DNA from: an uncultured Clostridia bacterium
Lineage (GTDB): Bacteria; Bacillota; Clostridia; Christensenellales; UBA1242
Assembly (NCBI GenBank): GCA_947584415.1
Contig: CANPWN010000002.1
Coordinates: 27,692-91,691 of the forward strand
DNA: 64,000 bases
Reading direction: 5' to 3'
Shown: piece by piece, positions 18,262 through 26,676 of the stretch
How positions within the stretch are numbered: the stretch's first letter is position 1
How the letters are laid out: each line of letters begins with the position of its first letter
Notes under the pieces: generated by a model
Told to the model about the DNA's origin: nothing
Seen by the model: the letters and a program-made list of their open reading frames with translations, nothing else
The model's database searches: none
Translations under genes and position numbers: made by a program

Positions 18262-19675
18262 CTTTTGCCTCCGCACCTATAACAATTTCCTTTTCCGCTC
18301 TTTCGTCTATGCCAGCAATTTCTGTTTCGTCTTCAAGTTGAGGTTTATCAAAATCTGGGTTTAAAATCTTTGAACGCTTTAAACGAAGAGGTTTTACTTT
18401 TGTTGAATTGAGTGGAAGATACCACTTAACCAAAAATCTTGTTACAACAAGCGTTGAGAACATTGAAAGCACAATACCAACAAGCAGTGTCAAAGCAAAG
18501 CCTTTGATTGACGCAGTGCCAAGGAAATACAAGATTATAGATGAAAATATTGTTGTGATATTTGAGTCAAAGATTGGCCAAAAGGCTTTTTTGAAGCCAT
18601 TTTTTGCGGAAAGAGGGATTTTTTTGCCTGAGGCATATTCCTCTTTAATTCTTTCAAAGATGATGATATTTCCGTCCACAGCCATGCCTATTGACAGAAT
18701 AATTCCGGCAATTCCCGGCAAAGTGAGTTGAATAAATGGAATTGCTTGCAGGAAGAAAATCATAAGCAAAATGTAAACAACAAGTGACACATTTGCCAAA
18801 AGTCCAAAATGACCATAGCGAATATACATGATGACCATGACAAGGAAGAGTGCAATTCCTGCGGCAATAAGGCCATACATGAGGGCGTCCTTGCCAAGCG
18901 TTGCACTGACAACGCTGTTGTCCTCAAGTTCAAGGGTTGCACTAAATGTGCCGGACATAATCATTGTGGCATATTCTTTTGCGCTTTCATAGTCAGTGAT
19001 TGAGCCGCCAGAAATAAATGTGCTGCCGCCAGTTATTTGCTCTTCGCAAGTCAGTTGCAAAGGTGTGTCCTCGCCAATATAAACATAAAGTTTTTTATCT
19101 CCACTTGCTGCAGATTGTGTGATAGATGAAAAAGCCTGTGACCCATCATTGTTAAAGTCAACAACAACGCCATAAACATTGTCCTGCTGATTATAACTTA
19201 CATAAACATTTTCAATTTGCTCACCAGAAACAAGTTGTCCAGAATATGACTGAACATCTTCCCTGTTAAGATTGTCTTTGAGTGTGATGTAAAGTGAGGC
19301 AGGCTTGCCGATTATGTCAAAAAGCTCGTCCGTGTTTGTCAGAGACGGAACTTCAATTCTGATTTTGTTTGAACCCTGTCTTACAACAGTTGCTTCCGAG
19401 TAGCCTTCATCATATAACAAACTTTCAAGTCTTGAAACAGTGCTGTCAATTGCGCCTGAAAGGTCATCAGTGTTGGATGTTTGTGAAAGTGAGCATCTGT
19501 AAACAGCAGAAACACCTCCCGACAAATCAAGACCGAGAGGAATTGCATTGATAAAGCCTTTATAATATTTATAAGATGAGCCTGCAAGTGGGAACGAACC
19601 AAAAGTGAAAAAGATTCCAAGCACAATAACAAGCCCAAGTATTACAAATTTCCAGATTGAATGCCTTTTAGCCAT
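18248..19675 (-). CDS. secD: Protein translocase subunit SecD
   Basis: LGLDLSGG, and the C-terminal TM bundle with GMAVDGNIIIFERIKEE. Confidence 0.9.
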   Translation of the reverse strand: MAKRHSIWKFVILGLVIVLGIFFTFGSFPLAGSSYKYYKGFINAIPLGLDLSGGVSAVYRCSLSQTSNTDDLSGAIDSTVSRLESLLYDEGYSEATVVRQGSNKIRIEVPSLTNTDELFDIIGKPASLYITLKDNLNREDVQSYSGQLVSGEQIENVYVSYNQQDNVYGVVVDFNNDGSQAFSSITQSAASGDKKLYVYIGEDTPLQLTCEEQITGGSTFISGGSITDYESAKEYATMIMSGTFSATLELEDNSVVSATLGKDALMYGLIAAGIALFLVMVIMYIRYGHFGLLANVSLVVYILLMIFFLQAIPFIQLTLPGIAGIILSIGMAVDGNIIIFERIKEEYASGKKIPLSAKNGFKKAFWPIFDSNITTIFSSIILYFLGTASIKGFALTLLVGIVLSMFSTLVVTRFLVKWYLPLNSTKVKPLRLKRSKILNPDFDKPQLEDETEIAGIDERAEKEIVIGAEAKDEKV

Positions 19676-19754
19676 TAGAACCCCTTAAAGTAATTACCAT
19701 TATATTTTAAATGATTAAAGGGCTCTTGTCAAATGTTTTTTTGAATTATTTTTC

Positions 19755-20168
19755 TTACCTTGCAGTTTTTTTGATATTGACACAGATTATGCCGCAAATT
19801 CCGCCAATCAAACTGCCAAAAATCACATCATAAACAAGTGTCATGTCAAACACAAAACCACCATTTAAAAGTGAAAAGGTCACAAAAGCGACTAAAGTGT
19901 AAATAAGCCCTATCAAAAGTCCGCTGACTAGCCCCATTTTGCGAAGTTTCCTAAGTCCAAACATCACCCCAAGCAGAATACTCAAACCTTTTATCACTTC
20001 ATTTATTGGTGTGATAAGTTTGTCCGACAAAGATGTAAATTTAAGGCAGAAAGCAAAAATCAAAATTCCAACAAGACTGAAAATAAGCGCAATAATGCTT
20101 CCTTTGACAACGGAGAGAAAAACTGAAGCGTCCTTTTTCTCTTCCATTTTGTTTGCCCTTGCTTTCAT
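19755..20168 (-). CDS. Small 4-TM membrane protein (TIGR04086/YrzE-like)
   Basis: Four hydrophobic segments and Gly-rich TMs. Located between yajC and secD, as in many Clostridia. The start at MKARANK follows GGGGGTGG. Confidence 0.4.
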   Translation of the reverse strand: MKARANKMEEKKDASVFLSVVKGSIIALIFSLVGILIFAFCLKFTSLSDKLITPINEVIKGLSILLGVMFGLRKLRKMGLVSGLLIGLIYTLVAFVTFSLLNGGFVFDMTLVYDVIFGSLIGGICGIICVNIKKTAR

Positions 20169-20249
20169 ATTTGCCACCCCCATAAAATTTATACTTCACT
20201 TTTAAAGTTATGATGGTGGCATGCTAAATATGTTTAAAAAAAAGAAGAC

Positions 20250-20807
20250 TTACGCCTTCTTATTTGTTTTTGTTTTTTTAGCCGTCTCGGTTTGTGGTTT
20301 TGTTTGTTTTTTTGGCTTGCTTTTTTCTTTTGGTTCTTCCGCTTTTACTTCTTGTGGCTTTTCAAGTTGTTTTTCTTCCAGCTTATCTTCAGCCTTAACT
20401 TCCTTTTTACCTTTTTTCTGAACAGGTTTTGCTTCCTGTGGCTTTTCTTCTTTTTCTTCAACTTTTTCTTGTTGAGGTGGAAGTTCTTTTGCCACTTGTG
20501 GCTCGTCCTTAATCACCTGATAAATTGCATAAGCGTCAACGGTCATGTAACTTTTAAACTTGTCTGAGCCTGTTTCAATGGTCACTTGCTTTGCAGTTCC
20601 GTCAAGTTTGATGTCCACTATTTTGCCATAAACGCCGCTGGAAGTAAGCACTTTATCCCCGCGTTTAAGCGAATTTGTTTGCTCGGTCATGCGCTGATTT
20701 TCTTTTTTATTTCTTCTGAGCATAAGAAGAGGATAAGCAATGACCAAAAGGCCAATTAAAACAATTAAAACAATTTGAGTTGCATCAAGTGCAAGAAGTT
20801 GTGACAT
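20250..20807 (-). CDS. yajC: Preprotein translocase subunit YajC with long Lys/Glu/Pro-rich tail
   Basis: Single TM followed by L.RGDKV.T.GG..G.I.. (LKRGDKVLTSSGVYGKIVDI). An extension of about 85 aa follows. Confidence 0.8.
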   Translation of the reverse strand: MSQLLALDATQIVLIVLIGLLVIAYPLLMLRRNKKENQRMTEQTNSLKRGDKVLTSSGVYGKIVDIKLDGTAKQVTIETGSDKFKSYMTVDAYAIYQVIKDEPQVAKELPPQQEKVEEKEEKPQEAKPVQKKGKKEVKAEDKLEEKQLEKPQEVKAEEPKEKSKPKKQTKPQTETAKKTKTNKKA

Positions 20808-20874
20808 AATGATTCTCCTTTTTTGTTATAAGCATATATTAACAGATTAAAATTATTTTTCAAAACGATTTTGA

Positions 20875-22644
20875 TTAAATTTTTTTGGTTTTATCCTCAA
20901 AAATAAGTCTTTCGACAAAATCTTTGAGTTTTATTCCATTTACGCTCTCATTTCCCCTTCCGCGGAAAGATATGGTTTTTGTTTTTTGCTCTTCATCACC
21001 AACAATAACAAGATAAGGAATTTTCATGTTATGTGCTTCCCTAATTTTGTAGCCAATCTTTTCGTTTCTGTCATCTAAGGTTGCTCTTAAACCCTTTTCT
21101 TCAAGTTTTTCAAGAATTTTCTTTGCATAATTTAAATTTCTATCCGTGATTGGCAAAATCTTAACTTGTTCTGGGGCAAGCCAAAGTGGAAATGCACCAG
21201 CATATTTTTCAATAAGATATGCAAGCGTTCTTTCATAGCAGCCAATTGACGAGCGGTGAATTATGATTGGGTTTTTCTTGCTGCCGTCTTTGTCGGTGTA
21301 TTCCATGCCAAATTTTGCAGCAAGCATTTGGTCAATTTGAATTGTGATAAGCGTGTCCTCTTTGCCATAAACATTTTTGATTTGTATGTCAAGTTTTGGC
21401 CCATAGAAAGCCGCCTCTCCAACTCCAACAACATATTCAACATTAAGGTCGTCCAAAATCTTTTTCATGGTTGACTGAGCCTCGTCCCATTGCTCTGGCG
21501 TGCCAATATATTTTTCGCGATTGTTTGGGTCCCATTGTGAGAACCTGTATGATGCGTCTTCTTCAAGACCCAAAGTTTTAAGCATGAAGATTGCAAGTTC
21601 CAAGCATGATTTGAATTCACTTTCAAGTTGCTCAGGTGTGCACATGAGGTGACCTTCTGACAAAGTAAACTGCCTTATGCGGATAAGCCCATGCATTTCG
21701 CCACTTGCTTCATTTCTAAACAGCGTTGATGTTTCATCATAGCGAAGTGGCAGGTCCTTATAAGAGCGGGCTTTGTTTAAATATGCCTGATATTGAAATG
21801 GACAAGTCATTGGCCTAAGGGCATAAACTTCCTTGTCCTTATTTTCATCTCCAAGCACGAACATGCCGTCTTTATAGTGGTCCCAATGCCCTGAAATTTT
21901 ATACAGGTCACTTTTTGCCATGTAAGGCGTTTTGGTTATCTGCCAGCCGCGTTTTGCTTCCTCATCTTCAACAAATCTTTGCATAAGTTGGATAACCTTT
22001 GCACCCCTAGGCAAAAGGATTGGCAAGCCTTGGCCAATATAGTCAACTGTTGTGAAGAGTTCAAGTTCCCTGCCAATTTTGTTATGGTCGCGCTTTTTTG
22101 CCTCTTCAAGCATGTTGATATAAGAGTTTAGTGCTTTTTTATCCTTAAAGCCATAGCAGTAAATTCTTTGCAACATTTTGTTTTTCTCATTTCCCCGCCA
22201 ATATGCACCATTGACAGCGTGAATTTTGTAACCCATATTTTGAAGCGACCTTGTGCTTTCAACATGAGGGCCACGGCAGAGGTCAACAAAATCATCACCA
22301 AGGGAGTAAATTGTTATCTTTTCCTTTGGGTCAAGTTCACTGATAAGTTCACATTTGTATGGGTTATTTTTGAAAAGTTTTAATGCTTCGGCCTTTGTCA
22401 CCTCTTTGCGAGTGAAAGCCTCTCCTTTTCTTATGATTTCATCCATCTTTTTCTCTATTGCAGAAAAATTGTCCGGTGACAAAGGAGCTAATAAATCAAT
22501 GTCATAATAGCAGCCATCATCAATTGCTGGGCCAATGGTCAGTTTTGCGTCAGGATAAAGGCTGACAATTGCTTTTGCCAAAACATGTGCAAGAGAGTGA
22601 CGCATGATATGAAGTTTTTCGTCATTTTCAATTTTCTTTTCCAT
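20875..22644 (-). CDS. thrS: Threonyl-tRNA synthetase (no N-terminal TGS domain)
   Basis: Editing-domain HSLAHVLA at the N-terminus, class II core (RPMTCPFQ, FRNE.SG..HGL.R.RQF), and an anticodon-binding C-terminus. Confidence 0.93.
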   Translation of the reverse strand: MEKKIENDEKLHIMRHSLAHVLAKAIVSLYPDAKLTIGPAIDDGCYYDIDLLAPLSPDNFSAIEKKMDEIIRKGEAFTRKEVTKAEALKLFKNNPYKCELISELDPKEKITIYSLGDDFVDLCRGPHVESTRSLQNMGYKIHAVNGAYWRGNEKNKMLQRIYCYGFKDKKALNSYINMLEEAKKRDHNKIGRELELFTTVDYIGQGLPILLPRGAKVIQLMQRFVEDEEAKRGWQITKTPYMAKSDLYKISGHWDHYKDGMFVLGDENKDKEVYALRPMTCPFQYQAYLNKARSYKDLPLRYDETSTLFRNEASGEMHGLIRIRQFTLSEGHLMCTPEQLESEFKSCLELAIFMLKTLGLEEDASYRFSQWDPNNREKYIGTPEQWDEAQSTMKKILDDLNVEYVVGVGEAAFYGPKLDIQIKNVYGKEDTLITIQIDQMLAAKFGMEYTDKDGSKKNPIIIHRSSIGCYERTLAYLIEKYAGAFPLWLAPEQVKILPITDRNLNYAKKILEKLEEKGLRATLDDRNEKIGYKIREAHNMKIPYLVIVGDEEQKTKTISFRGRGNESVNGIKLKDFVERLIFEDKTKKI

Positions 22645-22654
22645 AATTCCTCCT

Positions 22655-22860
22655 AGGGCAAAATAAAAACGCCCCTAAAAACTTAAGGACGATTGTTCAC
22701 CGCGGTTCCACCTTAATTGCAACTTCTTGCCACTCATTTAAAAGAAAAACATCTTCATTTAAAGTGGTTTCGCTTTCCTCTCCGTCAAGGTTTTTCACCG
22801 CCCAACCCTTCTCTGTGCACTTGTAAGGAAGTTACTTGTCTTCAAACTCCGTTTTTACTT
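22655..22860 (-). promoter_or_regulatory. T-box riboswitch leader, Thr (ACC) specifier, controlling thrS
   Basis: The reverse strand shows stem I AGAGA and GGTGAAAA elements. The specifier loop GAAACCA has ACC at 22766-22768. The T-box sequence TTAAGGTGGAACCGCGGTG lies at 22698-22716. A terminator (CGTCCTTA..TAGGGGCG plus TTTTTATTTT) lies at 22660-22691. Confidence 0.85.
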
Positions 22861-22897
22861 ATGTCTTAATTTTAGCACCAATATAAGTATATGTCAA

Positions 22898-23665
22898 CTA
22901 TTTGGCAAAAGTTTTGGCATCAAATTTTTGCATTTTTGTGTCTTGCGACATAAGGTTAATCCTTCTGTCAAAGATGTTTTTTAGCACAAAGGTGGCATGA
23001 TTTTCATTTTTATAATAAAGATTGATTTTTTGTGGCGAAAGGTCAATCAAATTTCCAATAAGTGCCGCAGAGGATAAAATTTTTGATTTTTTGCCCTCTT
23101 CATAGATGTAATAGCCCTGTTCATCTTCCACAACAATGATTTCATCATTGCAGATATCCAGGTTGTCTATTAAAAATTTGATTAAATCAAAAAACGCGTC
23201 AGATGAGATGAGATAGTCCCGGTTTTCATTTGCCAGCCTTATAAGTTCACGCCACTTGTCCCTTAAAGGTGCAAGTTTGAACCTGTAAAAACTGTCAAGA
23301 TACAAATACTCATCAAAATTTAGTGCCTTTGAGATGATGAAATAATCTGTTTCCTTATCAAAGTTAATCAGCGCTTTTTTAAACGCCTCCAAACTCAAAA
23401 GGTCTTGCACGGGCAAAAAGAGGTGCTTGTTTAAAAAGTCCAATTTGTAATTTTGGCATATTGAAAGAGATATGATTTTTAACAGCACAACTTCTGTTTC
23501 ACTGCGTTTTAAATCATCAACTGCCACCAAAATATTGATAAAACAGCCATCTATACTTTCTGCAACAACGGCATTTAAAGGGCTTAAGTCAGCGCGCAAC
23601 ATGTCAAAAATGCTGTTTGCAACTTCGGTTTGTTTTGAGTCAAGGCTGATTGAAAATTCCCACAT
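22898..23665 (-). CDS. ytxC: YtxC-like (putative sporulation) protein
   Basis: Position immediately upstream of thrS, as for Bacillus ytxC. Patterns LDSFYRFKL..L and the C-terminal LIDLSPQKINLYY resemble YtxC. I prefer the start at MWEFSI, after GGAGAAAG. Confidence 0.5.
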   Translation of the reverse strand: MWEFSISLDSKQTEVANSIFDMLRADLSPLNAVVAESIDGCFINILVAVDDLKRSETEVVLLKIISLSICQNYKLDFLNKHLFLPVQDLLSLEAFKKALINFDKETDYFIISKALNFDEYLYLDSFYRFKLAPLRDKWRELIRLANENRDYLISSDAFFDLIKFLIDNLDICNDEIIVVEDEQGYYIYEEGKKSKILSSAALIGNLIDLSPQKINLYYKNENHATFVLKNIFDRRINLMSQDTKMQKFDAKTFAK

Positions 23666-23747
23666 AACTTTCTCCATCCCATATATGTTATGCAAGGAAG
23701 GAAAAAATACTCTGGCGATTTTTGATTTTTTTTTGAAATAAAAATTC

Positions 23748-25448
23748 TTAGTTTTTTGTTTTCTTAAGGCTGACGGCTTTGGCTTTACCATCAGTCATAA
23801 CATATTCAAGGTCGGCAATGTCATCATATTCATCAGAGTGAGTGAACATTATAACTGTTTTTGTGCGGTCGCGTTCCTTAAGATAAGATTTAACTTTGTT
23901 CCTAAAAGTTGCAGGTGCGTTTTGTGGCAATTCATATATCATAAGCACATTGCAATTTGATAATACTGCCCTCACAAGACCAATCAAAAACAATACGCCG
24001 CTTGATTTAATATCCTGAATTTGTGTGTCATAGCCAAGTGGCATTTTTTCTATGTAAGGGCTAAGTCCAACTTTTTGACATACATTTTCAACTTTTGCAA
24101 AATTTTTGCACATAAGCAAGAGGTTTTCTTTTATTGTTCCTCGCACAAATTCAGGGTGCGAGGCGCAATAATAAATGTGATGGGCAAAGTTTTTTTCATT
24201 AAATTTGTAAATGTCCAAATTGTCAAGAAGTATCATCCCGCCGTTTGGCTTAATTTGCCTTCTTAACATGTTAAAAACAAGCCTTTTCCCGCAGCCTTTG
24301 TCACCTTTGACAACATTTATTCCCTGCATTTTAAAGGACAAATCAACATTGACAAGTTTTCCAAAGTTGTCAGAGCGGATATCATCACAAGCATAACTAA
24401 CATCAATAAACCCAAGATTGTAACCCTCTGTTTTGGAGTTGAGCCTGCCAAATTTGACAAGTTGTTTGTCGTTGAGATTGAGAATAAGGTTGACCCTGTC
24501 AACATCAACACGCATGTTTTCAAGCGAATTTGTTTTGTCAAACAAAGAGTTGAGTTTTTCCGTGCAAGTGGTCAAATATGGAACAATAACAAGATAAACT
24601 GCAATGTCCAAGTCGCCTTTGGAAACAAAGAATAAAAGTAGCGCTGTTACCGCATAAACGACAATGTTCCAGATGGCAAAATAAAGGTTGTTTTTGACTG
24701 ATGAAAGCATGAAATATTTTGTCAGCGCGCCGCAATAGTCATTAACGCGGTGATTGATTTCAGAGTTATATTTCTTTCTTCCGCGGCCTTTAAATTCACT
24801 TATAACACTTTTCCCGTCAATAATTTTGTTGTAAGCATAATGCATGGCGTCTTTTTTTTCGTGCCTTAACCTCATTGCTTTGCCCATGGCTCTGTTAAGA
24901 CCATAATAAGCAAAGAAATTTGCAAAGCCCAAAGCAAGAATAATCAGCCCTGCCCAATAGTTTGCAACAAACACCATGACAAGAATAATGACAACTTGCA
25001 CAAGATATGCAATAAAACTTGCTACAACATCAGGAAAGTCGCTGAGGTTGTCCATGTTGTTAAGACTTATGTTTAAGATTTTTTCTTTGGACAAACGCTT
25101 TATTCCTGACGCTTCACAAGAGATAAGTTTGTCATATATTTTATTTGCGACTCCGACACGGATGTATGTGACTTGGTCATTATAAAATTTGTGTTGGATG
25201 TGTGCAAAAAGACTGCGTAAAATTATGGTGATAAGTTCCAGTGCAAGATTTAAAAATGCCCCGTTCCAATTGTCATTATACATGCAGTCAATTGTTCTTG
25301 CTGCAAAAATTGTGATAAGTGTTAAAAGAACGGTGTAACAAATAAAGAAAAAGATTTGCAGAGCCCAAATTTTTTTGTTTGGGTTTGCAAGGATATACCA
25401 CCTTTTGAAAAGATTTTTCTCATAGGTTGAAGTTTGCGACTTTTTCAT
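23748..25448 (-). CDS. ABC exporter-type fused permease/ATPase with degenerate nucleotide-binding motifs
   Basis: Six-TM N-terminal half and a C-terminal NBD. Walker A is GDKGCGKR, the signature is replaced by KSSGVLFL, Walker B is VLMIYE, and the H-loop is FTHSDE. Confidence 0.65.
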   Translation of the reverse strand: MKKSQTSTYEKNLFKRWYILANPNKKIWALQIFFFICYTVLLTLITIFAARTIDCMYNDNWNGAFLNLALELITIILRSLFAHIQHKFYNDQVTYIRVGVANKIYDKLISCEASGIKRLSKEKILNISLNNMDNLSDFPDVVASFIAYLVQVVIILVMVFVANYWAGLIILALGFANFFAYYGLNRAMGKAMRLRHEKKDAMHYAYNKIIDGKSVISEFKGRGRKKYNSEINHRVNDYCGALTKYFMLSSVKNNLYFAIWNIVVYAVTALLLFFVSKGDLDIAVYLVIVPYLTTCTEKLNSLFDKTNSLENMRVDVDRVNLILNLNDKQLVKFGRLNSKTEGYNLGFIDVSYACDDIRSDNFGKLVNVDLSFKMQGINVVKGDKGCGKRLVFNMLRRQIKPNGGMILLDNLDIYKFNEKNFAHHIYYCASHPEFVRGTIKENLLLMCKNFAKVENVCQKVGLSPYIEKMPLGYDTQIQDIKSSGVLFLIGLVRAVLSNCNVLMIYELPQNAPATFRNKVKSYLKERDRTKTVIMFTHSDEYDDIADLEYVMTDGKAKAVSLKKTKN

Positions 25449-25492
25449 AGCAAATTTATAAACTTTTTGACGAATTTTGTCAAACGAATAAC

Positions 25493-25518
25493 AAAAAAAA
25501 GAAGGAGAACTCTCCTTC
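25493..25518 (-). terminator. Bidirectional rho-independent terminator
   Basis: GAAGGAGA-ac-TCTCCTTC flanked by A8 and T6. Confidence 0.7.
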
Positions 25519-25541
25519 TTTTTTCATGGTTGGCTTAAAGT

Positions 25542-25697
25542 CTAATCTTTGCCAGACTTTCTTGTGGCACATCTGTCGCTTTTTTGATTTGCAGATGACC
25601 TTTCGCTTGAGGCTTCAACATTTCTGCTTGCTGAACCGCAATTTTTTGCAGAAGATGTGTTTTTGCCTGCTTTGTTAGCATTTTTCTTGCCGAACAT
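25542..25697 (-). CDS. 51-aa basic, Ser/Asn/Lys-rich small protein (below ORF-track cutoff)
   Basis: ATG at 25697 is preceded by GGGAGGTGAAAA. My translation is MFGKKNANKAGKNTSSAKNCGSASRNVEASSERSSANQKSDRCATRKSGKD. A strong terminator follows. Confidence 0.5.
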   Translation of the reverse strand: MFGKKNANKAGKNTSSAKNCGSASRNVEASSERSSANQKSDRCATRKSGKD

Positions 25698-25814
25698 TTT
25701 TCACCTCCCATTATTCAGGTTTCCCTGTAAACTTATAATGAGCAAAATGGAGAAAAATATACATTGCAGCCAAGAAAAACTCCAAACTTAGCAAAATTTT
25801 TTGTTTGACAAAAT

Positions 25815-26192
25815 TTATTTCTTGTCAGTCTTCTTTTTGCTGTATTTTTTGCTGTCTTCTTCAAGTAAGGTGTAATATTGGTCAAAAATGCTGATTGCTT
25901 TTTGTTCATCAGTTTCAACCCTAAGGAAAGCCTCGCCATTGTCATCAAGGTCAACTTTGAAAACAATTGCTTCATCATCAGCAATGCCTTCAAGTTTTGT
26001 GATAGGTTTCAAAATGCAATAAAGTTCCTCTTCACCCTGAGGGATAACGGCAACTTGTTCAAATTCAAGTTGTCTTCCTTTTTCATCATACATAAAGATT
26101 GGTGCGGTGTTGTTTTCATCAAGAAGGACATCCAAAAGGTCAACCTTCACCATTTCTTCATTTTTGCTTTTTTCACTTTTTTTAACTGCCAT
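25815..26192 (-). CDS. DUF1292 (UPF0473/YrzB-like) protein
   Basis: Acidic small protein with the DE.G....FE...... / DE..I.... pattern, directly downstream of ruvX as in Bacillus yrrK-yrzB. Confidence 0.6.
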   Translation of the reverse strand: MAVKKSEKSKNEEMVKVDLLDVLLDENNTAPIFMYDEKGRQLEFEQVAVIPQGEEELYCILKPITKLEGIADDEAIVFKVDLDDNGEAFLRVETDEQKAISIFDQYYTLLEEDSKKYSKKKTDKK

Positions 26193-26194
26193 AT

Positions 26195-26626
26195 TTAACC
26201 CCTTTTTTTGTTAATATAATTTTGTAAGATAATTTCTGCTGCGACCATATCAAGCACTTCTTTACGCTTTTTCCAATCAAGTCCGGCTTCTTTTAAAATT
26301 TCCTCTGCCTCAAGTGATGTGAATCTTTCATCTTCAAATTCAACTTCTAGCCCTGAGATTTTGGCAAACTTTTCTGCAAATGTTCTTGTCACAACTGTGA
26401 AATTGCTTTCAGTTCCATCTGCGTTAAGCGGAAGACCAAATACCACTTTGCTTACCTTTTTTTCTTTGGCAAGTTCAGTCAGCGTTTGGATATCCCTGTC
26501 ACTGCCTTTGGAAATGATAACTTTGAAGCCTGAAGCAAGCGTTTTTGTTGGGTCTGAAAAGGCAACGCCAATTCTTTTCCCGCCAAAATCTATGCCCATA
26601 AATGTGTCGTAATCAGTTCTTATCAC
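26195..26626 (-). CDS. ruvX: Holliday junction resolvase-like nuclease RuvX/YqgF
   Basis: MGIDFGGKRIGVAFSD, G.PLN.DG.E., and DER.TS..A motifs. Confidence 0.9.
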   Translation of the reverse strand: MIRTDYDTFMGIDFGGKRIGVAFSDPTKTLASGFKVIISKGSDRDIQTLTELAKEKKVSKVVFGLPLNADGTESNFTVVTRTFAEKFAKISGLEVEFEDERFTSLEAEEILKEAGLDWKKRKEVLDMVAAEIILQNYINKKRG

Positions 26627-26676
26627 AGTTTTATTATACCAAATAAATTTTCTTTTACCAAATGATTTTTATCATT

